Shown piece by piece: positions 46,347-55,936 of a DNA stretch of 64,000 nucleotides. Position numbers and translations under genes: made by a program. The notes below the pieces were generated by a model. The model worked only from the letters and a program-made list of their open reading frames with translations. It was not told the DNA's origin and made no database searches. The stretch covers positions 30,229 to 94,228 of the forward strand of contig CAUUVR010000003.1 in NCBI GenBank assembly GCA_963548945.1. The letters are read 5' to 3'. How positions within the stretch are numbered: the first letter of the stretch is position 1; every line of letters starts with the position of its first letter. The stretch is from an uncultured Candidatus Saccharibacteria bacterium (GTDB lineage: Bacteria; Patescibacteriota; Saccharimonadia; Saccharimonadales; Saccharimonadaceae).

Positions 46347-48314
46347 ATGAGCACGAAAACGCTGATCGACCTGGATCCGTGGTTGGCGCCGCACAAAAGC
46401 GTCATCGCAGCGCGCGAAGCGTATATGTCGTCGAAGCTGCGCAAGGTTTTGAGCAGCACGACGCCAGCGGAGTTTGCCTTAGGTTTTCTCCATTTTGGCT
46501 TGCATCAGACAGCGGCGGGCTGGACATTTCGCGAATGGGCGCCGAATGCTACGCGCATAGTAATGGTTGGCGATTTTTCTGATTGGCAAGAGCGCGAGGA
46601 GTTTCGTTTACAGCGCGGTGAACATGGCGAATGGAGTGTTGATCTGCCAAAAGACGCGCTGCGCCACGGACAGCGTTACAAAGTGCGCGTCTATTGGCGG
46701 GGCGGCGACGGCTGGCGCTTGCCATCATATGCCACCTACGTCGTCCAGGATGATGATTCGGTGGATTTTTCGGCCGTAGTGTGGCAGCCCGATGAGCCAT
46801 ATCAGTGGCAGCATGACATTCCACCTGCGCCAAACGTGCCGCTGATTTACGAAGCGCATGTCGGCATGAGCAGCGAGGAGGAAAAGGTTGCTAGCTTCAA
46901 CGAATTTACCGCGAACGTCCTGCCGCGCATCAAACAAGCCGGCTACAACACCATCCAGCTGATGGCTATCGCCGAACATCCGTACTATGGCAGCTTCGGC
47001 TATCACGTCAGCAACTTTTTCGCGGTGTCGTCACGGTTTGGCACGCCCGATGATTTTAAGCGGTTAGTTGACGCGGCGCACGGACTGGGACTGCGCGTTA
47101 TCATTGATATCGTTCATGCTCATGCCGCCAAAAATGAAGTCGAAGGTCTCAGCAATTTCGCAGGCGATCCAACGCAATATTTCAAAGCTCACGACCATCC
47201 AGCGTGGGATTCGCGGCTGTTTGATTATGGCAAGCCGGAAGTGCTGCACTTTTTGGCCAGCAATTGCCGCTGGTGGCTGGACGAGTACCACGTTGACGGC
47301 TTTCGATTTGACGGTGTAACCAGCATGCTGTATCACGACCACGGGTTAGGTAAAAGCTTCACCGGTTATGATGATTATTTTGCTGACGATGTTGATAAGG
47401 ACGCACTGGTCTACCTCAGGCTGGCAAATGACGTCATTCACGCTGTTCGCCCCGATGCCACGACCATTGCCGAGGAAATGAGCGGGCTGCCCGGGCTGGC
47501 GGCACCGACAGAACACGGCGGCCTGGGCTTTGATTATCGACTGGCGATGGGTGCACCTGATCTCTGGATTAAAACGCTGAAAGAAAAGCGCGACGAAGAT
47601 TGGGACTTAGGTGAATTGACTCACACGCTGAGTTCGCACCGCCCAGAGGAAAAAGTCATCAGCTACGCCGAGAGCCATGACCAAGCCTTGGTCGGCGACA
47701 AGACGCTGATTTTTCGCCTGATTGATAAGGAAATGTACGAGCATATGAACAAGGATGACCCCGACCTGACAGTGGAGCGCGGCATGGCGCTGCACAAGCT
47801 GATCCGATTGCTGACAGCCGGACTGCACGGCGGCGGCTACCTTAATTTCATGGGTAATGAATTTGGACATCCCGAGTGGATCGACTTTCCGCGTACAGGC
47901 AACAACTGGTCATTCAAGCACGCACGGCGCCAGTGGAGTTTACGCGACAATGGTTTTCTCAAATACCAATGGCTAGGTGAATTTGACGCGAGCCTGATGA
48001 AGCTCATCCAAACCGTTGACGACCCAGGTATTCACTACCTCACCATGCGCCAACACGACCACGTCGTCAGCTTCATACGCGGCGATCTGCTGTTTATCAT
48101 GAATTTTTCACCCAACCAGTCGTGGACGGATTATGGCGTGCCGGCAGCGGCGGGATCATACGGTGTAATTTTGGACAGCGACGACAAGCGGTTTGGCGGA
48201 CAAAATCGCATAGACGATTCAACGCGGTATTTTACCTCGCCCCAGGAAAATGGACATCAGCTGCAGGTGTATTTGCCGGCCAGAACCGGGATTGTTTTAC
48301 AAAAAATCGACTAG
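46347..48314 (+). CDS. glgB: 1,4-alpha-glucan branching enzyme (GH13)
   Basis: FREWAPNA, IYEAHVG, FGYHVSNFFA, DGFRFDGVTSM and YAESHDQ motifs. Confidence 0.93.
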   Translation: MSTKTLIDLDPWLAPHKSVIAAREAYMSSKLRKVLSSTTPAEFALGFLHFGLHQTAAGWTFREWAPNATRIVMVGDFSDWQEREEFRLQRGEHGEWSVDLPKDALRHGQRYKVRVYWRGGDGWRLPSYATYVVQDDDSVDFSAVVWQPDEPYQWQHDIPPAPNVPLIYEAHVGMSSEEEKVASFNEFTANVLPRIKQAGYNTIQLMAIAEHPYYGSFGYHVSNFFAVSSRFGTPDDFKRLVDAAHGLGLRVIIDIVHAHAAKNEVEGLSNFAGDPTQYFKAHDHPAWDSRLFDYGKPEVLHFLASNCRWWLDEYHVDGFRFDGVTSMLYHDHGLGKSFTGYDDYFADDVDKDALVYLRLANDVIHAVRPDATTIAEEMSGLPGLAAPTEHGGLGFDYRLAMGAPDLWIKTLKEKRDEDWDLGELTHTLSSHRPEEKVISYAESHDQALVGDKTLIFRLIDKEMYEHMNKDDPDLTVERGMALHKLIRLLTAGLHGGGYLNFMGNEFGHPEWIDFPRTGNNWSFKHARRQWSLRDNGFLKYQWLGEFDASLMKLIQTVDDPGIHYLTMRQHDHVVSFIRGDLLFIMNFSPNQSWTDYGVPAAAGSYGVILDSDDKRFGGQNRIDDSTRYFTSPQENGHQLQVYLPARTGIVLQKID

Positions 48315-48339
48315 GAAACTTGCCGCAGAACGAAAAGTC

Positions 48340-48867
48340 TCAATTTAACACATGCTGCTGCAGCCAGCAATACATCGCTACGGTGGCTGCTGCGCCAACA
48401 TTGATGGAGCGAGTTGAGCCGAATTGCTCGATGGCGACAATTTTGTCTGCCGACTGTACCATTTCCTCGGAAATTCCCGGCCCTTCCTGGCCAAACACCA
48501 GCACCGCCCGCTTCGGCAAGGTCGTCTCTGACATATTGACACTACCCGGAATATTATCAATCGCAATAATTATCCTGCCTTCAGACCGCATTAGCTTGAC
48601 AAACTCCGCTGTCGAGCCAACGTAATGTACGTGCAAATATTTATCCGTCATCATGGCGCCGCGCTTGTTCCATTGCCGCCGACCGATGACGTAAATCTGC
48701 CGCACGCCAAACGCATTGGCGCTCCTGACAATCGTCCCCATATTAAAATCCCGCTCGGTGTTCTCCAGAGCAATCACCAGACCATGATCCTTGGCATCCA
48801 GCTCCTTCACAATCTCCGCCTCGCTCCGGCCCTTGAATTTGTCGATTACATTTCGCGTATCCTGCAT
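48340..48867 (-). CDS. TrmH/SpoU-family RNA methyltransferase
   Basis: NMGTIVRSA, FGQEGPG and SINVGAA motifs. Confidence 0.92.
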   Translation of the reverse strand: MQDTRNVIDKFKGRSEAEIVKELDAKDHGLVIALENTERDFNMGTIVRSANAFGVRQIYVIGRRQWNKRGAMMTDKYLHVHYVGSTAEFVKLMRSEGRIIIAIDNIPGSVNMSETTLPKRAVLVFGQEGPGISEEMVQSADKIVAIEQFGSTRSINVGAAATVAMYCWLQQHVLN

Positions 48868-48988
48868 AATGTCATTATAATCATCCAAGCAGCACGCCGC
48901 AATCATAAAACGCCGCGGCAAGCTAGCGCTAATTCCGCCGCATTCTTCCCTCCACGCTAAAAACTTGCTATCATAAGCGTAATACCTC

Positions 48989-49663
48989 ATGAAAAAACAC
49001 AAAATTATCAAACTCATTCTCATAGCAATCATCAGCGGCGTCACCACGTTCACCTATTTGACATATACTCGCAATTTGGTCAAAGAAGAAGATCTGACCC
49101 GAGCTTCATTAGATCATACGTCTTGGCTGGTGCCTAAACAATGGCGAAAATATGACAAGGAATCGAGAGGTAAATCAGATGATAATGTAGCTAGAGTAAT
49201 TTATGGCGACGGTTCGCTAAAAAATAACAAATCATCAGCTGTTTTAACAGTCAGTCAAATTAACCAGCAAGCAGCACTAACCAATGCCTCGCCGGAATAT
49301 TATGAAACTTTACGAGAATCTTTCTCAAAGGAGTTTGACTCAAACCAAATCCGCGATGGACTTGCCTCTGCTAGTAATGTCGGATGCTCAAAAACGCCAA
49401 ATATCAGCAAATCTGTTGACAGATCTGATACAAACGGTGTTGTAGGATTGTTTTCCGTCAATGCCAGCTGCTCGACAAAGTACTCATTATTCATAATGAA
49501 AATCCGTGTTGTCATCGGTAAAAACGACGGCATTATCCGCTCAATATCCTTATCCTCAGAGGAACTCACCTGGGAAAAGAACAAAGCAGCATTCGACAAG
49601 ATGCTGGACAGTATTTCCGCCAGCGGAAGTTACGCGATGGATACTACCATAGCACAAAATTGA
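48989..49663 (+). CDS. Hypothetical exported/membrane-anchored protein
   Basis: Basic N-terminus plus hydrophobic helix; one Cys pair. Confidence 0.7.
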   Translation: MKKHKIIKLILIAIISGVTTFTYLTYTRNLVKEEDLTRASLDHTSWLVPKQWRKYDKESRGKSDDNVARVIYGDGSLKNNKSSAVLTVSQINQQAALTNASPEYYETLRESFSKEFDSNQIRDGLASASNVGCSKTPNISKSVDRSDTNGVVGLFSVNASCSTKYSLFIMKIRVVIGKNDGIIRSISLSSEELTWEKNKAAFDKMLDSISASGSYAMDTTIAQN

Positions 49664-49707
49664 AAAAGTCGCCATTTCAAGCGACAATTCCGAAGTTTTC
49701 CATATTA

Positions 49708-49794
49708 TGGTGCGGATGAAAGGACTTGAACCTTCACGCCATTGCTGGCACTAGCACCTGAAGCTAGCGCGTCTACCAATTCCGCCACATCCGC
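49708..49794 (-). tRNA. tRNA-Leu (CAG)
   Basis: GCGGATG...CTAGC-TTCAGGT-GCTAG, long variable arm, GTTCAAGT, CCA end. Confidence 0.97.
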
Positions 49795-49828
49795 GTACTG
49801 CTTATTATAATCCAAAAGAAATCCAACA

Positions 49829-51439
49829 TCAAGCTTGATTACGAATTTTACACCACGCGTTCATCTCTGCCGCCAAATCCTTCATCGGCGTTTCCATCTT
49901 AACGCCCGGGCAAAAAATTCCCATCGGGTCAAAAATCTTTTTCACCTTAGCATACAACTGTTTTTCGTCGTTTGGCATATGCTTGTACATAAAACTCGAC
50001 TTCAGCCGGCCATCGCCGCCAAACGCTGCAAACGAGCCCTCATGCTTATCAACAAGCTGCGCCACCTCTGCAAACAATTGCAAAATCTTCTGGCGCTCGC
50101 TGACTTTTTTACTATCAAACTTTGGATATAAGGCCGTATAATTATTACTAAAATCGACAAACATAGGCAGCGCATAGCCGTACGTCGATTCCAGAGCCTT
50201 CAAATCCTCCGCGAAACCAGCGATCTGCTGATCTGCCAGCCAAATTCCGGAAAAGGCCCTTGGCGCGGTCATATGCGGCTCGCTTGGCGCTTCCATCAAA
50301 GCCAAGCTGGAATGCAAACTAGCCAATCCTTGGACTTCCATGTCAATCAATGAAATATTTATGGCATCTATGGCGCTTAACTTCTTCATCATTTTCTTAG
50401 CGGCTTTCACCCGCGCACGGTCTGAGAATTCATCAAATATCGCGATGACAACCGCGCCTCTGAAACATTCCTTCGGCGCCCACTCAAGCCGCTTGCCCGC
50501 CAGATATGCCTGGCGTAAAATCCGCCCATCGATCAATTCGACCGAGACTGCTTTATTTTTCATCGCCAAACTTGCTGCCTCCTGAGCATCGGCAATATGC
50601 TTAAACGGCGCAGCGACCACCGAATATTCCGGATGAACAAAGTTCGCGCGTAAAATCGCCTCGCAAACAATACCCAAGCTGCCCTGGCTGCCCACAAATA
50701 ACGGCGTTAGGTCAAACGACCCATCCTTTTGCTTGACTTTGGCAATCGCGCTATAACCCGCCGTATCCGGCAAACTGGGATCAAGCTGAGAAATTAGCTC
50801 CACATTATCAGCTATCAAGTTGTCAATTTCCCGGTAAACCTCGCCCTCAAATGTCGACAAGCCCTTTTTCTTATTCAGTTCACGCTTGGAAATCCGCCCG
50901 GTTTGAATAGCGTCGCCATTGCTTAAGACTACCTCCAACTGCTGAACTGTGTCAGCGAAAAAGCCGTGCGCGCCTGTCATTGTGCCAGCCGGAGAAGTGT
51001 TTATCGCGCCGCCAATCGTACCGTCTTCGTCGGTGTAAGAAACGTTTGGCAAACCTAATCCTTTGTGCGTCGTCAGCGCCGCATTTGCCGCCGAAACGGC
51101 GAGGCCGGCTTGAACATGAATCAGCCGCTGCTTCGGATCGCTGCCCACCACTCGGTTCATATGTGTTTTCAAATCAATTGCGATGCCTTTATTGATCGCC
51201 GCTCCCGTCGCGTCTGTAGCGCTACCTCTGGCGAAAACTGGCAGCACGTGGCCTTTTTCCGCCAACTGCGAGCAAAAGCGCAGCACCTTGCGAATATCAT
51301 TCATGTCAGCCGCCCGCACCACCATATCCGGCCGCCGCGCCAGAATGCTGCCGTCTGTCTCGGCTTGGCGTAAAACAGAATCATGAGTAATGACTTCACC
51401 CGCCAAATGCTCATTCAGATATGTCGCAATTTTATTCAT
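49829..51439 (-). CDS. FAD-binding oxidoreductase (GlcD/D-lactate dehydrogenase-like, divergent)
   Basis: P..VV, RGS.T..TG, GTIGG, FVGSQGSLGI and KKIFDP.GI..PG motifs. Confidence 0.82.
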   Translation of the reverse strand: MNKIATYLNEHLAGEVITHDSVLRQAETDGSILARRPDMVVRAADMNDIRKVLRFCSQLAEKGHVLPVFARGSATDATGAAINKGIAIDLKTHMNRVVGSDPKQRLIHVQAGLAVSAANAALTTHKGLGLPNVSYTDEDGTIGGAINTSPAGTMTGAHGFFADTVQQLEVVLSNGDAIQTGRISKRELNKKKGLSTFEGEVYREIDNLIADNVELISQLDPSLPDTAGYSAIAKVKQKDGSFDLTPLFVGSQGSLGIVCEAILRANFVHPEYSVVAAPFKHIADAQEAASLAMKNKAVSVELIDGRILRQAYLAGKRLEWAPKECFRGAVVIAIFDEFSDRARVKAAKKMMKKLSAIDAINISLIDMEVQGLASLHSSLALMEAPSEPHMTAPRAFSGIWLADQQIAGFAEDLKALESTYGYALPMFVDFSNNYTALYPKFDSKKVSERQKILQLFAEVAQLVDKHEGSFAAFGGDGRLKSSFMYKHMPNDEKQLYAKVKKIFDPMGIFCPGVKMETPMKDLAAEMNAWCKIRNQA

Positions 51440-51552
51440 CAATCCTCCTTGGTCTATTGATTTAATTTTAGCATAAGCGCGCTCAGTTGATAAGTACATT
51501 TTGCTTTGATATAATTTGGAAGTGCGCGGATGCGTACTTAACAATTAGTTAT

Positions 51553-51593
51553 GAGGATGTGGTGGAATTGGTAGACACGCATGCCTTAGGAGC
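51553..51593 (+). pseudogene. 5' half of tRNA-Leu(TAG) (attL-like)
   Basis: 40/41 identical to 57620-57660; identity ends just after the anticodon loop. Confidence 0.9.
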
Positions 51594-51697
51594 TAACAGA
51601 CTCGCTTGCCTGTTCTTGTATTTTATAGGAGTAATATAGCCTTTTTTCGCTAAAAGAGGAGTCTATTCTTGTAACAGACTCCTCTTTTAGACTCCTT
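51594..51697. repeat. Integrase arm-type repeats
   Basis: TAACAGACTC at 51594 and 51672; 15-bp IR CTAAAAGAGGAGTCT/AGACTCCTCTTTTAG; TTTAGACTCCTT echoed as TTTAGACCCCTT at 56041. Confidence 0.6.
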
Positions 51698-51834
51698 TAT
51701 CGTTTATAAGGATGTTTTGCTTGATCGTTGTCGTTATGTTTATTGTAAATTTTATCGGTTACAGCGAGAAGTGCATTTGATTTTTCTGCTTCGGTCGAGT
51801 GGGTATAGATTTGCAAGGTTGTTGTTATTGAAGA
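51697..51834 (-). pseudogene. C-terminal stub of a tyrosine recombinase/integrase
   Basis: Manual translation SSITTTLQIYTHSTEAEK...PYKR* matches the catalytic-Tyr box; the preceding LGH and all upstream sequence are absent. Confidence 0.8.
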
Positions 51835-52009
51835 CTTTTTATATTTATGGACGCTTTATTATGAAAAATGAGTAAGAAAAACAGTGAACCTTTTTTGATT
51901 TACTGTTTTTATACTATTTTTTATTTAATTGACATTACTAAAATTAGGAATTTTACGTGCTTGAGTAGATATTATATTTTCAGTCAATGCTTTATTCTTC
52001 ATAACACAA

Positions 52010-52381
52010 TCAAATATCTAATATCTCAACAATTTCTCCATTGTGCTGTTTCAATTCAATCTTCCGAATTATTTCTTCTCCCAAATATTTAATAAAATCG
52101 CTTAATTCTGATGAAACTTCAAATATAATGTTGTGTTTACTATCATTCTCCGGATTAAATGTTGAATTATAATTTCTTTCGCTTGACCAATAATTCCAAT
52201 TTACATCTGTTCTTTCGTAATAAACATAATTCTGTTTTTTTGTAACATATATTCTTTTGTTAATCAAGACCTTTTCATCTTCAGATTTAAAAATATCAGA
52301 ATATATTTTTAAGCCCTCAAATTGCTTATATTCTTTAATTTTATTATTTGAAACATTAAGCTTTATTTCTTTATAATCCAT
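52010..52381 (-). CDS. EXLDI-family protein
   Basis: C-terminal EILDI; IYVTKK.NYVYY; very low GC; AAGGAGG SD. Confidence 0.75.
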   Translation of the reverse strand: MDYKEIKLNVSNNKIKEYKQFEGLKIYSDIFKSEDEKVLINKRIYVTKKQNYVYYERTDVNWNYWSSERNYNSTFNPENDSKHNIIFEVSSELSDFIKYLGEEIIRKIELKQHNGEIVEILDI

Positions 52382-52442
52382 AATCTTTCCTCCTTAAACT
52401 TGTTGCCTATACAGAAAATATTATACCGCTTTGATTTACCGT

Positions 52443-52763
52443 TCATTTTTTCTTTTTAGTTTTTATTGCCGGTAATTCTTTATACATAGAATTGAATAAC
52501 CCTGTTAAATACTCTTTGTTATCTACATCATCTACCAATAGCATTTCCTTTGCTCCCCCATAAGGTAATTCATATTCTGCATTTGGCATATATTCTATCG
52601 CAGATTTCACAGACTTTACCAAGAATCTATCATCATAAATTCCACCAATAATCTTCCCACGATAATAAATTATATACTCACCCATCATCGCACGATAAGT
52701 AATATCTTCCAATTCAGACAACTGCCCTAATATGAAATTTAAATATTCCTTGCTTGATGCCAT
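52443..52763 (-). CDS. TfoX/Sxy N-terminal-domain protein
   Basis: MASSKEYL.FIL.QL; RAMMGEY..Y...K..GGIYDDRFLVK. Confidence 0.85.
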   Translation of the reverse strand: MASSKEYLNFILGQLSELEDITYRAMMGEYIIYYRGKIIGGIYDDRFLVKSVKSAIEYMPNAEYELPYGGAKEMLLVDDVDNKEYLTGLFNSMYKELPAIKTKKKK

Positions 52764-52973
52764 ATTACTCCCCTAATTTACCGTCAAAATTTTAGTAATC
52801 CATTTTCATCGTATTTGAAACCAGGTCCCCATGCATCTTTTTGGTGGGTTATTTACAGAAGACTCATGGTCGTTATTAGTTATCTAAAGCCCAAGGTACA
52901 TTAATCGTGAAATATTTTCAAGAGTATACATAAACACGCAGATTTGCTGGGTTTATTGTATAATTTAAGTAAT

Positions 52974-54215
52974 ATGTATTATGGTCGATCAAAGAACTAT
53001 CTATTTCACGCAATCGGATGGCACGAATGGTCAGAGAGTATTGTTGCCGACGCTCGTCAAAAAGCCAGTAATATTAAAAAGAGTGTTTTTGAAGCAAACA
53101 GTCAGGAGAAAATAGTTGATCACATCGTGTCTGGCTATAGCTTAGCCCCGCTGGTGCTGTTGGCGGACAACAAAACCCAGGACATAGTGGAGACCAAGGT
53201 AGATGTCACCGGCAATAATATGTATGTACAAGCATTTGACGATAGTCCAATCAGCGTGCCCGGCTATAAGGTCGTTATTACGGTACCGTTCACTGGTTCC
53301 GTAGACCTGTTCAAAGTCAGTCCTACTAGCATGCGAATGACGTGTGACGATGCCGAGATTACCGGCAACAAATTGACCTTTGCATTGGAGTTTACTGAAT
53401 CAAACACCACTGCGGAGCGGATAAAGGATGAAGTAGACGGAAAGATAGCATCAATACAACAAAACATAGATTACATAAACAACGACTTATCTGGGTTTGA
53501 AGAGCGTGTTAAAGGCGTGGTAGCCGAAGCAGTCGCCAAACGTTTTGAGCAGATAAACAAACTCGACTCGATAAAGACTGCGCTGAATATACCACTTGAA
53601 AAATCAGACAATCCTAGCCCATTAAATCAAGTTAGGATTTCAGTGCAAAAGCTGACTCCACTCTCAACCAAAAAAGATGAACCTGGTGGAACAATATCAA
53701 GCAAAGATTACGAAACGATACTTGAAACCATACGAAGCATGGGTGCATCTATGGAAACCAACCGAGCGTCAGAATCAAAGGACGAAGAAGCGCTCCGGGA
53801 CATGTTGCTGGTCGGCTTGTCTGCGAGCATAAAGAGTGGCGCGGTCGGCGGCGAGCTATTCCATAAGAGCGGCAAAACAGACATCTCAATACCCTTCGAC
53901 AATAAAGCGACTTTTGTTGCTGAATGTAAGCTATGGAAAGGTCAGAAATATATAGACAAAGGCATAGACCAGCTTTTGGGTTATTTGACTTGGCGCGACG
54001 CCAAAACCGCACTCGTTATATTCAATAAAGACAACGCTAACTTCTCTGATATACAAAGTAAAGTCAAGCTCATATTTACTGAACGAAGCGACTACGTGCG
54101 CACAATCAAGCAACGCGATGGTGAGTGGCGCTTTGTTATGACCAAACCTGACGATAACGGCCGACAAGTTGAAATTCACGTCATGTTGTTTGATGTATAT
54201 GAGACAAAGTCATGA
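52974..54215 (+). CDS. Hypothetical protein with C-terminal PD-(D/E)xK nuclease-like domain
   Basis: EE.LRD...GE....GKTDI....FVAECK.WKG...DQLLGYLTWRD. Confidence 0.75.
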   Translation: MYYGRSKNYLFHAIGWHEWSESIVADARQKASNIKKSVFEANSQEKIVDHIVSGYSLAPLVLLADNKTQDIVETKVDVTGNNMYVQAFDDSPISVPGYKVVITVPFTGSVDLFKVSPTSMRMTCDDAEITGNKLTFALEFTESNTTAERIKDEVDGKIASIQQNIDYINNDLSGFEERVKGVVAEAVAKRFEQINKLDSIKTALNIPLEKSDNPSPLNQVRISVQKLTPLSTKKDEPGGTISSKDYETILETIRSMGASMETNRASESKDEEALRDMLLVGLSASIKSGAVGGELFHKSGKTDISIPFDNKATFVAECKLWKGQKYIDKGIDQLLGYLTWRDAKTALVIFNKDNANFSDIQSKVKLIFTERSDYVRTIKQRDGEWRFVMTKPDDNGRQVEIHVMLFDVYETKS

Positions 54216-54236
54216 TGCGCCACGGAGGATGTACAG

Positions 54237-55115
54237 ATGACCAATAAAATCACGAAGATAACCAGGTATACCGTCCTAGAAGTTCTGGACACTTACATGG
54301 CCACCGACTTTTATGGCAGGTTAAACGAAGTAGAGTTCTGGGAGCGCATATTCAACCTAGAAAAACTACCATCTACCGACAGCCGTTACCCTGACATGAA
54401 AGGCGACCTGTGGCAGCACCGCGTGAATAACAATGATTGGGATGACAACTGGTACATTGATAAGTTTGACCTGCTGGAAACAGAAGACGCCAAGTTCCTG
54501 AAATTCCTGGCCGAGTTCTTCCATCCGGAAGTTAGAGATATAAATTGGAACACCAAAAGAGTCTTGGCGACCATCAACAAAAACTTGGCACTTGATGGCG
54601 TAGAGTTATATGCCAAGTCAAAAGTATCAGGCCGCGACATACTGGGTACTAGAAATATCACGCCCGCCACACAGATAGATGAAACGCCGCTCGCAATTAT
54701 AGACAACGACTTTATATCGCTACAGATCAACAAAAATGTTTACGACCACATCAAACAGTACTTAATCAACGAGGACTACTTCCACGCGGTGGACGAAGCA
54801 TACAAATTGGTACGCAACAAACTGCAAGAGATAACTGGCAACGAAAAAGCCACCGAAGTGTTCAATATGAATGCCGAGAGCAAAAAATACTACACGCAAC
54901 TGTTTGGTAAATCAGACGGTACGACCCAGGCCGAAAAAGACTTCTTCCGCGGTGTTGGCTACCTGAACCTGACCATACAATTCTTACGCGATGAAAAAGC
55001 GCACACACTGGCAACAGCTCTTGAGCGTAATCTGGCTATTCACTACATATCGCTTTCTAGTTTGGTCTATGATTTGATTACTCGCAATGAGACAGAACAA
55101 GATGACAAGGTCTGA
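54237..55115 (+). CDS. AbiJ N-terminal domain fused to a TIGR02391 (HEPN-like) domain
   Basis: GRL.EVEF..R.F.L..LPSTDSRY....GD.WQH..NN.DW (AbiJ-NTD3-like); YFHAV.EA.K...R.EKAH. Confidence 0.72.
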   Translation: MTNKITKITRYTVLEVLDTYMATDFYGRLNEVEFWERIFNLEKLPSTDSRYPDMKGDLWQHRVNNNDWDDNWYIDKFDLLETEDAKFLKFLAEFFHPEVRDINWNTKRVLATINKNLALDGVELYAKSKVSGRDILGTRNITPATQIDETPLAIIDNDFISLQINKNVYDHIKQYLINEDYFHAVDEAYKLVRNKLQEITGNEKATEVFNMNAESKKYYTQLFGKSDGTTQAEKDFFRGVGYLNLTIQFLRDEKAHTLATALERNLAIHYISLSSLVYDLITRNETEQDDKV

Positions 55116-55118
55116 TAA

Positions 55119-55430
55119 AACCCCGATGAGCCAGTAGCGACAGTCAAAGAAGATAGGTTGGTCGCACTGATTTTGCTAAAGGTCTAGCTGAAGCGCTCGT
55201 CAAAGTACCAAACTCTGAGTCATTCACGGTCGGGTTATATGGCGCTTGAGGTAGTGGCAAAACATCCGTGGATAAAATAACCGAAGAATGTCTGACTCAA
55301 AAAACATCCAAACGATATCGAGATTATGAACTTCAGTCCGTGGCTATTTACTAGCATAGAAAACCTGCACACAATGTCCTTTGGCGCACCAGCACAGGAA
55401 CTCAGTAAGAAATCAGTTACGCCGAGCTAA
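55119..55430 (+). pseudogene. KAP-family P-loop NTPase N-terminal remnant
   Basis: PDEPV...EDRL/RTDFAKGLA...SFTVGLYGA*GSGKTSV...IMNFSPWLF, with frameshifts and a TGG>TGA stop. Confidence 0.78.
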
Positions 55431-55545
55431 CTGGCACAGCCGGCGCCACTATTTGCTCGCATAGCATCTGGAGGTCTATCAGCCTTGAGTAGTAATAAGG
55501 CCGTAAGTGCCGAAGCGCAATGCGCCTCAAAGTACTCAAAGTATA

Positions 55546-55837
55546 TGATAGATTGTAAAATTAAATGCGACACCTCTAGCAAGTAAAAAACTCATACTAA
55601 CTTCGTGTAAAATGTTAGTAACAACAAACACACACGGAGGTTAATATGAGTCATAGTTATCTTACCTTAAACGATAGAAATAAGATAGAGGTAAGGAATT
55701 TACTTGTTATGAAAAAGTAAAAAATGAATTAAACTCCAGACCGAGAAAATGCCTAGAGTTTGATACGCCATTTGAACGTTTTATGCACGAATTAAATTTG
55801 TTAAGAGAGGTGTCGCAATAATTATTGCAATTCAACA
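55546..55837 (+). mobile_element. Internally deleted IS30-family element (MITE-like, 292 bp)
   Basis: 32-bp imperfect TIRs with a perfect inner TGCGACACCTCT; TA on both flanks; fragments MSHSYLTLNDRNKIEV, KEF and LNSRPRKCLEFDTP. Confidence 0.82.
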
Positions 55838-55880
55838 TAAAATAAAGAGAGTCTTTAGGGATCCGTAACTCTTATATACT

Positions 55881-55936
55881 TGGTGCGGATGAAAGGACTT
55901 GAACCTTCACGCCGTGAGGCATATGCTCCTAAGGCA
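55881..55936 (-). pseudogene. Inverted 3' half of tRNA-Leu(TAG)
   Basis: Reverse complement is 55/56 identical to 57649-57704. Confidence 0.9.

Noticed and set aside
49708..49740. 3' end of tRNA-Leu(CAG) identical to the tRNA-Leu(TAG) 3' end, as a further att site
   Set aside because: It is part of a complete isoacceptor gene, and the identity is explained by paralogy.
55240..55260. In-frame TGA at the conserved Trp of the KAP Walker A, as evidence for stop-codon recoding
   Set aside because: The same remnant has frameshifts, and many intact genes here end in TGA. It is a nonsense mutation.
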